In this document: in pieces, positions 39,060 through 50,525 of the stretch | Layout: every line of letters begins with the position of its first letter | Numbering within the stretch: the stretch's first letter is position 1 | NCBI RefSeq assembly: GCF_001194135.2 | Contig: NC_068991.1 | Span: 28,439,205 to 28,503,204, forward strand | Direction of reading: 5' to 3' | DNA: 64,000 nt | DNA from: Octopus bimaculoides | Taxonomy: Eukaryota | The notes under the pieces: generated by a model | The model's database searches: none | What the model was told of the DNA's origin: nothing | The model's input: the letters and a program-made list of their open reading frames with translations, nothing else | Program-made: the position numbers and the translations under genes

Positions 39060-39780
39060 GGAAACATGCTATACTGCTTGGCATGCATGCCAAAAGCTCC
39101 AATACAAACATTTCAGAGTGCTTGGGTGTGCTTGGGTGTCAATCTGAGAACATGTACCGAGAGAGATAAAAATCAAACATACAATCAACATCATGGTGTT
39201 TGGAAGGATTAGTAGTGATGGCAACATTATGCCTCCATTCACCTTCCCACACAGCCTCAGACTCAACATAGAGGCCTACATCAGGTGCTTGGAGTAGGTA
39301 GTGCTGCCCTGAGTCAAGGGGGAGGCTGCTGGAAGACCCTATATCTGGCGACAAAACTTTGCACCAGACCACACAAGCAGGAGAACCTAATCATGGCTAT
39401 CGGACAATTTCTGCAACCACAGCACCCCTAACATCTGGTCACCTAACTCACCAGACTGCAACCCCCTTGATTATTATGTGTGGGGCGCAGTTGAGTGAGA
39501 GACCAACAAAACTTCTTGTAACACCAAAGATGAACTGAAGGCAAGGATTATAGCAGCATTCACCAACTTAAACAAGGAGACCATCCAGAAGAGTTGCAGG
39601 AGATTCCAAAGTCGACTGGGAGCTATGGTTGAAGCCAATGGCAATTTTATTGAATAGATTTTCTCTTTAGTATTTCAAGATATTTTTATGTTATTTTAGT
39701 AAATATATCTGTTAAAATGAGATGTCAATGTTATTTTCATTTTTGCGTAATCTAGACGACAGTTTATTCACCACACCCTG
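39060..39780 (+). mobile_element. Internally deleted maT (DD37D) transposon remnant
   Basis: N-terminal HAILLGMHAKSSNTNISECLGV is fused to IMVFG..DGNIMPPF..WRQNFAPDH..WSPNSPDCNPLDYYVWGAVE..DELKARI..RFQSRLGAMVEANGNFIE* (stop 39655-39657). The D-D spacing counts as 37 (the second D has mutated to N). The right TIR ends CACCCTG|TA at 39780; no left TIR was found. Confidence 0.85.
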
Positions 39781-39824
<44 letters not shown>

Positions 39825-39825
39825 C

Positions 39826-40500
39826 ATTTATCAATTCATGTACAAAGGAGCCAGGACTAAGTACAAAGCCATCATAGAGAGCGATACTAAGGGAATCTAC
39901 CCACTGTACAGGAGTAAATCCTGGAACAGCACGGAAAGGACCAGTAATAAGATAAATAAGGCCAACACTTGGTATGACAACAACAAATACCAGAGTGTCA
40001 TGTTCACTGATGCGACCCCTGGTGGCGAACTAGCACACCTTTTTAGAAAATCATTAAGTAAGGCTAATCTATGAATTAAAGTAGTGGAGAGGCCTCGTGC
40101 CCCTTTAAAATCCCTAATCTGTAATACCTATTCCTTTGATAAGCCCCCCTGTACAGAGTACAAATGTGTTATGTGTAGGATGAACCCACAGGTTAACCAT
40201 AAGGTTAGGAATGTAGCATATAGCTTATGATGTATTGAGGGAAGGTGCAGTAACATGACAACTACCTACACAGGAGAGACTGCACACAGCATAAGAGACC
40301 ATATAGGTGAACATTGGTGAGAGCTCAAAGACGAGAAACATGTTCTATCAACAAGCTCAAGCAGAACATGGGGGTTCAATTAATAACAGAGGTTAAAGTA
40401 CTATCGACACAGAACTGACATGACATTTAGAGTGATTACAGAAGCTACACACATAACAGACTGAGCCTCAATAGAAAACATGAATGGAACAGTAACACCC
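39826..40500 (+). mobile_element. Penelope-like element 3' fragment with C-terminal GIY-YIG endonuclease
   Basis: PLYRSKSW..WYDNNKYQSVMFTDATPGGELA..KVVERP..C...KCVMC..RNVAYSL*C....C..YTGETAHSIRDHIGEH..AEHGG..EATHI..LNRKHEWN. It has a Cys-rich linker plus Y.GET..S.R.R..EH GIY-YIG motifs and begins right after a (CA)n(TA)n tract. Confidence 0.78.
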
Positions 40501-41304
40501 ACCACCACACGACTAAAGACAGTAGGGATGTGAAGAGAGAGGAAAGAAGGAAGAAAAAACCCCCGTAAATAATACACAGATATATACAGAGTAATACACA
40601 CACACAATAGACATATATGCACTTACCTGTGATGCATATGAGAAATATAGATGCATAAAAAATACATAAATAAATATATAAATAGATAAATAAACAAATA
40701 TATAAATGTATCTGTTACATAACTGTGATAAATGGAAGACAGAGGTAGATAAAATAAATAAACAAAACTATATAAAGGGCATAGATACATACAAAGTGAA
40801 CCCATACACACACACAAAACCACATGGACGGCCATATGCTACCAACAACACAACTAACATGGTCAGCAGCAGCAGCTGTGCTGATGATGGCAACACCGTG
40901 GAAGAACACACATGTTTTTCTTTCTGTTTTTTCTTTCCTCGGGTCTTAGGACAGCAGCAGCACAATGGGGTAAGAGGTCGGGGCTGAGGGGAAGGCCACA
41001 CGGCTGCTAAAAACTATGACACACACACACACAAACAAGGACACAAACGCATGTGCACATATAGATACACATCTTAGAAGAAAAGAATGGAGTGAATGGA
41101 GCAAGAACACACACACGAAAACAAAAAGTGTCACTGAAGAGGTCACAGATGTGTGACAAAAGATTTCTGGACAATGGACAAACGTCAAAATAATAAAAAA
41201 TAATATAATAACAGTAATAAACAAGTGAAGAAAAAAAAATATAGTGTGTGTGTTTATTTGACAAAACAATAATAATAATAAATAAAATAACCATCCCAAA
41301 TACG

Positions 41305-41356
<52 letters not shown>

Positions 41357-41493
41357 TAAATAAATGGAGTTGAACGCAGATGTTATTCCAATTCTTCTAC
41401 TATAGCCTCGGGCTGACCAAAGCCTTGTGAGTGGAATTGGTTGACAGAAACTGAAGGAAGCCTGTTGTATATATATATTTATGTGTGTATGTG

Positions 41494-41542
<49 letters not shown>

Positions 41543-41884
41543 TTTGTGTCTGTCTTTGTCTCCTACCACCACTTGACAACTGGTGTTGGTTTGCTTACGT
41601 CCTTGTAATTTAAGCAGTTCTGCAAAAAGAGACCAATAGAATAAATACAAGAGTTAATAAAAAGAAACAAAACATTAGTCCAGGGTTGATTTATTTGACT
41701 AAAACTTCTTCAAGGCACTTTTAGTTTAATGTCTATCATTTCATTTCATATTTCTACACTTTTTCAAATGTGTTTCAAGGTGCCAAGCAGTGGGACTGAA
41801 CCTGCCATGCCTTTCTTACTTGTTTCAGTCATTGGATTGCAGCCATGCTGGGGCACCACCTTGAATAAATCTACCTCATTACTA

Positions 41885-44430
41885 AGGTAATTTTTTTTAA
41901 ACCTTAAAAATTGCTTGATTTTAACCTTATTTTCACACATTTTTAACCTTATTTTCTAACTTTATTGACAGATTTAAACCTCATTTTAACCTTATTATTA
42001 CTAATATATCCATAAACATTAAGGAGTTCGCTCTTGTTTTGATTACTTTATGATATATGAGTATTATTAATGCAATTTTAAAAAATAACTATTGTGGAAA
42101 TTTATTATACTACAATATGATATAATGTTTTATATTTTGTAAGCAAAAACTGTCTTTTGTAAGGAATTTTTCAGCATCAAAAAACTGCATTCTACAAAAG
42201 CTGATATCACTTGACATAGTATCAGATCTGTTTATTCCATGGGTGAAATTTTGGGGTTCGTTAGTTGAATTATTGAATTAATTTGGTTTTTATTGAATTA
42301 ATTTGGTTTTTATTGAATCTAAAATCAATGTAATTCATGATGCAACATGGGTCTTTGTTGAATTTCAATTGTTTGAGGCTTTTGTAAGCATCATAGTTGG
42401 TGAAAGCTGTTGACTGCAGCTTTCAAAATCAATTCTTTCAACTGCAGATTGTTTGAACATATTTGGATGAGGTTAGTCCTGATCTCAGGATTTCACACAG
42501 CTTCTTTCATTCTCTGCACCAAAATGTCTTCATCTTCCAAACTTTCTACAATTTTTGTAACCTTTGCAAAGTTCTTGCATAGTAATTTCAGGCATCCAAC
42601 CAGCTGCCCCACCAGGTCACAAGTGGCTGAGGCAGATATCTGAGTGTTTTGAATTGCTCCCAGCAGTGTTTGTCTTTTATAGTAGCAGCCTTCATGGGGT
42701 AATCAGACAATCCACTGCAGGATAGAAAGCCTTTAATTTTAGAGCACAGTTGTGCAATAGGTAAGAGAAGCAGGTTACATGGAAGAGATTAGGATACTTG
42801 CAATGTTTCTCCAGCAGCTACCATATACCAAGTATAGTTGGAGAAAATTTTCTCCTGGAACCACCATACTTCTTAACAAATCATCAATGATCTGAGCGAT
42901 GACTGTGGCAGTTAGAGCTGATTTGAGTGGCAAACATTCAATTAAGAATGTTCTTTGAGGATTTCAAGCTGAACCAACGAGTACATTTTGACAATTTTTT
43001 TTGTCATTGATCTCACTTTCATCAGCAATTAAAAATACATTTTGATCAGCCAAGCAGCTCTTGCAATTTTCAACCATATTTGCACTAAACATATCAACAT
43101 ATTTTTGGCATGTAGATGGAGATGGCAGTGGCTTATTGAGAGAATCAAACAAACTTCTCACACTTGTATTAATGAACTTGTGCAAAGGAATGCTAGCCTC
43201 AAGAAATACTTTGGTCAACATTGCACCCCAAGATTTATTATTTTTGGTAAATTCAAATGATTTGATCGGTGGCTGTACAATTTTAGTAGTCTTTTTAAGA
43301 TGGTTTTGATATTTTTGCTCATTTTATGCGACTCAACAAAATGTCTTTTATTGCATTTGACATCAACAAGGCACAGTCTTCAGTGTTATTGATTCAATAC
43401 AAATTCTTTTGAAATTTTCTCTGTAAATTCAAGAGCTTTTGCCTTTTGACTTGTTTTTGGTTTTGACATCTGAGTTAAGAATAAGAAAATCATGAAATAT
43501 ATATCAAAATATTATTGAGAAACAGCTAGCATACTGTACATTTACATATAGTGAAAAGACTAGCAAGGAAAAGTACTTACTTTCAAAGATAAATTTAAAA
43601 TTCCTAAGTAACATCATCATCATCATCATCATCGTTTAACGTCCGCTTTCCATGCTAGCATGGGTTGGACGATTTGACTGAGGACTGGTGAAACCGGATG
43701 GCAACACCAGGCTCCAGTCTGATTTGGCAGAGTTTCTACAGCTGGATGCCCTTCCTAACGCCAACTAACAGGTGTAAAGAATTAAAACTATAAGTATATA
43801 CACTTACAATTGGATGATAATAAATGATTTTGTTCTTAAAGAGGCCTGTTTCATGAATCGGAAAAAAAGATGCAAATAATCACTATTAGTGTTTGGTACT
43901 GATCACCAATAACTAATATTGGTAAAAGCACCTTGAAGTCAGAAATCTGTCTTATAGAAAAACTAAACAGACATGCTAGACTTTTGTTTATGTTCAAATG
44001 ACTGGACGCACATGGTGTTAAATAATTTAACATTGAAGGGTAGGACAAGCCATAGAGAGTGCTAAAAATAGCTCCAAAGCTGTAGTCCAATACGACAGCT
44101 CCTCTAAAAGCTAGTAGGAAGAAATAGGTATGAAATTAGGTTTAATCAATATATAAAAATATATATCAATGAATTTATTTATTCTTTTCAGTAGCTAATC
44201 AAAATAAAATTTTCTTTTTAGTGAATTTCATTTTTTTAACCTTCTTTTAACTTTATTGCATGATTTTAACTTTATTAACTTTAAGAAGTGATTAATTACA
44301 ATGATTAATTGTAAAAAAAAAAAGTTTTCATCTTTAGTTTTAACCTTCAAACAAATGTTTTTATGAATTTTAACTTTTTGGTAAAACAATGCATTACTCG
44401 TTAGTTATTTCTTAAGTTTGGCAACTTATT
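41885..44430 (-). mobile_element. Probable extent of the hAT-like element, interrupted by an RTE tail at 43612-43766
   Basis: Clustered TTTTAACCTT/TTTTAACTTT motifs lie at about 41895-42000 and 44230-44380. A possible terminus TGGCAACTTA is at 44419-44428. The other TIR and a TSD were not seen. Confidence 0.45.
42095..43469 (-). pseudogene. hAT-superfamily (CGGBP1-like) transposase pseudogene
   Basis: Broken frames: MSKPKTSQKAK..EF..KCNKRHFVESHK (zinc-finger-like), VFLEASIPLHK..LPSPSTCQKYV..FLIADESE..VLVG, FHVTCFSYLLHNCA (CxxH region), PQPLVTWWGSWL (RW-like) and CQVISAFVECSF (S..VERSFS-like dimerisation motif). Confidence 0.8.
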
Positions 44431-44684
44431 CTCTTGGCCCCTTCCGCCAAATGGCTAAACTACAAGGACATAAACAAACCAACTCCAGCTGTCAAGTGGT
44501 TGGGGTGGGACATGGATGAATGGAAACAACACATACACACATTCTTTCAGTTCAGTCAATCAAATCCTCTCATATGGCTTTGCTCAGCCCAGGGCTATCA
44601 TGAGAGACACTTGCTAAAGGTGTCATGTAGTGCAACTGACAAATTGTTAAAAATGAGAACAATGTTAGAAGCTTATATCGTAAA

Positions 44685-45143
44685 AGGTGGTGGATTAGCA
44701 GAAATGAAAAAGTGATAGGCAAAATGCCTTGCTGTATTTAAGTACGACCACATTAGTGTTCTTTTTTGGTTCAAATCCAACAGAGGCCAACTTTAGTTTC
44801 ATCATTCTGGTATCAATAAGAGAAAGTACCAACCATGTACTGGGAATAGATTATTGTAGTCACTCTTCCCCTTCCCTTACACTCTTGCCTTTTTCTAGCC
44901 TACTCTCTCACTTACCATGATAATAATATTGGTTTCAAATTTTGGTGCAAGGCCGGCAATTTTGGGGGAGAGGCAAGTCAATTGCATTGATCCCCATTAA
45001 TCAACTGGTACCTATTTTATCAACCCCGAAAGGATGAAAGGCAAAGTTGACCTTGGCAGAATTTGAACTCAGAATGTAAAGACAGATGAAATGGCTCTAA
45101 GCATTTTGCCCAGCATGCTTACAATTTTGCCAGCTTACCACCT
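44685..45143. mobile_element. Tail-to-tail inverted SINE-A pair
   Basis: A plus copy at about 44685-44900 and a minus copy at 44931-45143. Confidence 0.75.
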
Positions 45144-45173
45144 TCATAATAATAACAATATTAATAACAATAA

Positions 45174-45576
45174 TTTCAGACTAACAGAAGCTAGAAAGCC
45201 TGATTTAGTAGTTGTAGACAAAGAGAATAGAAACTGCCAGGTAATTGGCTTTACTGTCCCAAACAATAAGAAAATTAATATGAGAGGTATAGATAAAATA
45301 ACAAAGTACCAGGGTCTAGCTATTGAATTACAGAGCCTATGGATAGTGTGGGTAAAATGTATCCCTGTAGTTATAGGTGCATTAGGAACTATCTCTAAAG
45401 ATTTGAACAGATCGATGGAGGAAATAGGCATAAAACTTAGTTTATTGCAGCTCCAGAAAACAGTATGATTAGGAACAGCTAGGATAATTAGGAAGGTTCT
45501 TGACATCTAAGGTTACTTGTTGTAGCTTGATGTTAGGAATTTTTTCCCAACAGTCTAATCTGTTGTGCATATATGA

Positions 45577-45612
<36 letters not shown>
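45174..45612 (+). mobile_element. R4/Dong-type non-LTR retrotransposon 3' end (restriction-like endonuclease) with (TAA)12
   Basis: ARKPDLVVVDKENRNCQVIGFTVP..KITKYQGLAIELQSLW..IPVVIGALGTI..LQKTV*LGTARIIRKVLDI* (stop 45508-45510). A short 3' UTR follows, then an AAT repeat at 45577-45612. AAT-like repeats also lie at the 5' junction. Confidence 0.85.
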
Positions 45613-46750
45613 CTCATCCACTGCCAATAATCTTAATATCTACTTTCTGAGGAAAAACAGCCAACTCTGCTCAGACACGCTATCCATATATCAACAACAA
45701 ATGTGTAGCAGACACATCTATTACCATAGCAACAAAGTATAGCATGCTGTTAAAAAAAAAAATCTCCAATTGTTAGAGACAGAGAGAAAATTATTTTTAA
45801 GCCCAGATCAGTCCTTATCCATTAGTGCTTTGGCTAAAGATATGCAAACACTGACCATATTTCCTTCATCATCGTTATCATTGTTTAACGTTCGTTTTTT
45901 ATGCCGGGCATGGGTTGGATAATTTGACAGGAGCTGGCAAGCAGGAGAACTGCATCAGGTTCCAGTGTGATTTGGCTTGGTTTCTATGACTGGAAGCCCT
46001 TCCTAACGCCAACCTCTTTACAGAGTGCACTGGGTGCTTATTACATGGTGCTGGCATGGGTGCTACTACGTGACACTAGCACAGCTTTTTACGTGGCACC
46101 AGTTTGCAGGCCAGTCCTCCTTAGAAATTCAACCAAGCACAAGTAAATGGCAGAAGTAGCTCATGATTCTCTAAGACTCTCCTTATTTCTAAATAACATA
46201 CCTAAGACTATATTACAACAAAACCTCAATTAATGTTCTTGAAAACTACTGAAACATCTAGAAACTCACAGTCGCACCCTCCAAACACTTTTAAGATAAT
46301 AAATGTCAATATGATGTTACATACTGTCAGTTAAAGTTATAATAAAATTAGAAACCTAGTTTAATTAAGATATATTGTTATTAATAAATCATGACACAGA
46401 TTAAACAAATCAACTTTTAATAATGAGTACTACTGAGTAATGAATAATTCATTGCATTGCTTGTGTGAAGTATTGAACCTATGACCTCTTGTTGTGAACT
46501 TCCAGCACTTCACCATGATCTAGTGTCAAAAATAAGTGTTTTATGGCTATTTCAACAATTTGGCGTATGATTCAGTAATTAGAAATAAGTGTTTGGTATA
46601 TTTTTCACTAGGAAATTTAGGTCATGGTTTTATTATGCTATGTGCTCTCTGTCATCACTTTTCAGGCAACTAAAGTCATTACACACACACAAACTCATGC
46701 CACTACCACCACACACACATCCATACAGAACTCACCACTACCCTCTCACA

Positions 46751-46788
<38 letters not shown>

Positions 46789-47214
46789 TATCACATGTAT
46801 GCATGCACACACACCACACCAATGCACACACTGTACAACCCAATCCTTCCATCATCACATTGTACACAACAACTTGCCCTTTCAAATTGTTCAACTATGC
46901 AGTCACCTGCTCTGTTAGAAATAGCAGCTAAATCTGCCATTTTTAAAAAAGGAAGGGCACATTAGATAACGATGTCCTAGACATTAGGCCTGAAACAGCA
47001 GTGTTAGTAGGAGTGTCAATAAGAGATTTGCTTAATGTAGAACTGACTGACTGACCAGGAACTAAACAACCTTGTGCAAGACCTTCCATTTCTCCATCAC
47101 ACAGTACAGCATACATATCCCACTTCCTGTCAACTATGACTGCAAGAGAGTGCACTGTATTAAAGCATTCAGGTGTTAAACTGCACATTAATCTTTAAAC
47201 AAGGCTCAAGGGTC

Positions 47215-48372
47215 AAAACTAGTCAATTACATCGACACCCCCACCCCACCCCCAGTGTTTCACTGGTACTTAATTTATCGACCCTGAAAGGATGAAAGGC
47301 AAAGTCAACCTTGGCAGAATTTGAACTCAGAACATAAAGCAGGACGAAATGCTGCTAAGCATTTTGCTTGGTGTGGTAACAATTTTGCCAGCTCACCACC
47401 TTAATAATAATAATAATCATCATCAGCAGCATCATCACTTATCTGTTTTCCATGCTGGGTATGGGTTGGGTGGTTTGACTGAAAACTGGTAAGCCAGGGA
47501 ATTGCACCAGATTCTAATTTGATTTGGCATGGTTTCTATGGCCGGATGCCCTTCCTAATGCCAACCACTCCAAGAGTGTAGTGGGTGCTTTATAATAATA
47601 ATAATAATAATAATAATAATGGTTTCAAATTTTGCTACAAGAGTAACTATTTTGGAGGAAGGGACTTAGTCGATCACATTGACCCCAGTTTTCAACTGGT
47701 ACTTATTTTATCAACCCCAAAAGGATGAAAGGCAAAGTCGGCCTCAGCAGAACATAAGGACAGATGAAAAGCCACTAAGCATTTCGCCTGGCTTGCTGCC
47801 TTATACAATAATAATAATAATAATGGTTTCAAATTTTGGCACAGGATCAGCAATTTTGGGGTAGAGGTAAGTCGNNNNNNNNNNNNNNNNNNNNNNNNNN
47901 NNNNNNNNNNNNNNNNNNNNNNNNNNNNNNNNNNNNNNNNNNNNNNNNNNNNNNNNNNNNNNNNNNNNNNNNNNNNNNNNNNNNNNNNNNNNNNNNNNNN
48001 NNNNNNNNNNNNNNNNNNNNNNNNNNNNNNNNNNNNNNNNNNNNNNNNNNNNNNNNNNNNNNNNNNNNNNNNNNNNNNNNNNNNNNNNNNNNNNNNNNNN
48101 NNNNNNNNNNNNNNNNNNNNNNNNNNNNNNNNNNNNNNNNNNNNNGAGGAGGAAGAGGAGGAGGATCCTTTCTAATATAAGCATAAGGCCTGAAATTTCT
48201 GGAAAGAGGGTAATTGATTACATCAACTCAACTCCACTGTTTAACTGGTATTTCATTTATTGACCCCAAAAGAATGAAAGGCAAAGTCAATCTCAGTGAA
48301 ATTTGAACTCAGAACATTAAGCCAGAAGAAATGCCACTAAGCATTTCATCCAGTGCTGCTAATGATTTGCCA
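47215..48372 (-). mobile_element. SINE-A cluster with an RTE tail and an N-gap
   Basis: Copies at about 47215, 47620, 47822 and 48165, with (AAT)n spacers. Confidence 0.8.
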
Positions 48373-48374
48373 GA

Positions 48375-49440
48375 AGAATAATGATATCACCAGAGAAGAT
48401 TTCAGAAAATGACAAAGGAACCACACACTGGGATACACCAAGAGTAATCAACCAGACATTGTTGTCAAAGATTATCAGAAAAAAAAAATCAACACATCAG
48501 TCCCAACAGATTACAGAAATGGAAAAACTATTGAAATATAGGGTAAAGTCTATTTGTCAACATAAAGTGGCAATCCTGATTAGGATGGTGTTACTACCTT
48601 TTTTTAGCCCCAGGTAAACATCTTTTCCAGCTGGCTATCGATGCTTTCAATAAAAGATGCTTCCCTGAGGCTAAAAGAAAAGGGTAGTAAAACCATCCTA
48701 ATCAGGATTGCCACTTTACGTTGGCAAATAGACTTTACTCTGACATACTGTTACTCTCTTTTACTCTTCTATTTGTTTCAGTCATTTGACTGCGGCCATG
48801 CTGGAGCACCGCCTATAGTCGAGCAAATCGACCCCAGGACTTATTCTTTGGATGTCAAGTACTTATTCTATCGGTCTGTTTTGCCAAACCGCTTTCTCAC
48901 TCAGAGATTTAAACCTAATTGTTTTTCTCTTTATTGAAATATAAAAATCTGGAAATAGAAACATCTTGAATGTGGTGTTTAGAAACGGGAATAACAGGTA
49001 CTTTAGGTATGATAAAAAAAAATTATGCAGAAAAATACAAAACCAAAACTCCAGAACCTCCTAGCATAAAGCTGAACTCTGCTCCCTTGGGTTTTGTAGT
49101 GTCTTATGAACTGCATGGCAATTTCACTTGCACTGGTGGCACGAGAAAAGTACCCAGTAGCATGCTGTAAAGTGGTGAACATTAGGAAGGGCATCCAGCA
49201 GTGGAAACCATGCCAATGGAGCAAGATACAGTCCTTAGATCCATGGAACTTGGACATTAAATGATGATGATGAAAATAGCACTGCCAGACACAGCACATT
49301 TCTTACATAGAGTATTTCAAATACATTAAAAATAACAACACTAAAACAAACCACAGTACATACCAAAGGCACAGAGAGCTGCACTCAGTAGAGGAGTAAA
49401 AGCATACAATAGGTATAAGATTACTGAACAACAACAACAA
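48375..49440 (+). mobile_element. Second R4/Dong-type 3' end, split into three pieces by insertions
   Basis: PEKISENDKGTTHWD..NQPDIVVKD..SVPTD..EMEKLLKY (48375-48540), then KNLEIETS*MW..GTLGMIKK..PEPPSI (48944-49080), then KIALPDTAHFLHRVFQIH* with a 3' UTR ending in CAA/TAA repeats (49273-49440). Confidence 0.75.
48541..48740. repeat. 200-bp foldback (long inverted repeat)
   Basis: Arms 48541-48626 and 48652-48740 are reverse complements, with about 7 substitutions and a few short indels by eye, around a 25-nt loop. Confidence 0.92.
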
Positions 49441-49444
49441 TAAT

Positions 49445-50370
49445 AATAAAGGTACAATGCCTGTAATTTCGTGGGAGGAGTAAGTTGATTACATCTACCC
49501 CAGTGTTTAACTGGTACTTATTTTATCAACCTTTGAAAGGCTGAAAAGTACAGTCACCCTTGGTGGAATTTGAACTCAGAATGTAGAGACAGATGAAATA
49601 CTGCTAAGCATTTTGCCTCTAGTGCAAATGATTCTGCACGTTCTAAAAACACTGTCAACTTGAGAATATTTAAGCCCCAAAACCTTTTTAAATCACAAAT
49701 AGTACAACAAATGTTCAATGTAATTTTAATTCTCAGTACTTTGTTTCCTTTTCCTGAAACATATCATTGCTACTCATAAATAACCCCCACAGTAAAATGT
49801 CTAACTTGCTGTTTCTTGAAGTTTCTGGGTGATACATGAAACAGCTTGCATAAAACAAAGCAACAACAATGAAAACATAATGATAATGATTCCAAATTTT
49901 GGTACAGGGCCAGCAGTTTTTGAAGGGAGGGGGAAGTTGATTATCTCGACGACAGTGTTAAACTGGTACTTATTTTATTGACCCCCAAAAAGATAAAAGG
50001 CAAATTTGAGCTTGGCAGAATTTGAACTCAGAATGAAAAGCAAGAAGAAATGCCACTAAGCAGTTTGCCTGGCAAGCTAATGATTCTGCCAGATTTTTAC
50101 TAATGGCACAAAGCCTGAAATTTTAGTGGGTAGGGGACTAGTCTGTTACATTGACCCCAGTGTTTCACTGGTACTTAATTTATCAACCCCAAAAAGATGA
50201 AAGGCAAATTCGACCGCGACGGAATTTGAACTCAGAACGTACACAAACAAAACACTGTTAACCATTTTGCCCTGCACACTAACAATTCTGCCAGCTCACC
50301 ACCTTTATAATAATGATAATAATAATCCTTTCTACAATAGACACAAAACCTGAAAAAGGCCTGAAATTTT
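49445..50370 (-). mobile_element. SINE-A cluster
   Basis: Copies at about 49445, 49885 and 50095, plus a partial copy at 50320. Confidence 0.8.
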
Positions 50371-50374
50371 AGGA

Positions 50375-50525
50375 CATGGTAAGATTCTAAACTTCTGGTT
50401 AAAATAACTATCAGAGACACATGAGGTGTGAGTAGAGGGAGCAGCAGACAACACCACTAAAGAGGAAACCATCTTAATTCCCAAAACAGTAAGCCCTAAA
50501 ATCTACAGACCAATAAACTGTCTGG
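50375..50525 (+). mobile_element. R4-type reverse-transcriptase N-terminal remnant
   Basis: KILNFWLK*LSETHE and TILIPKTVSPKIYRPINCL resemble the D.I..FW.K.L and T.LIPK...YRPITCL motifs of RLE-clade RTs. Confidence 0.55.
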
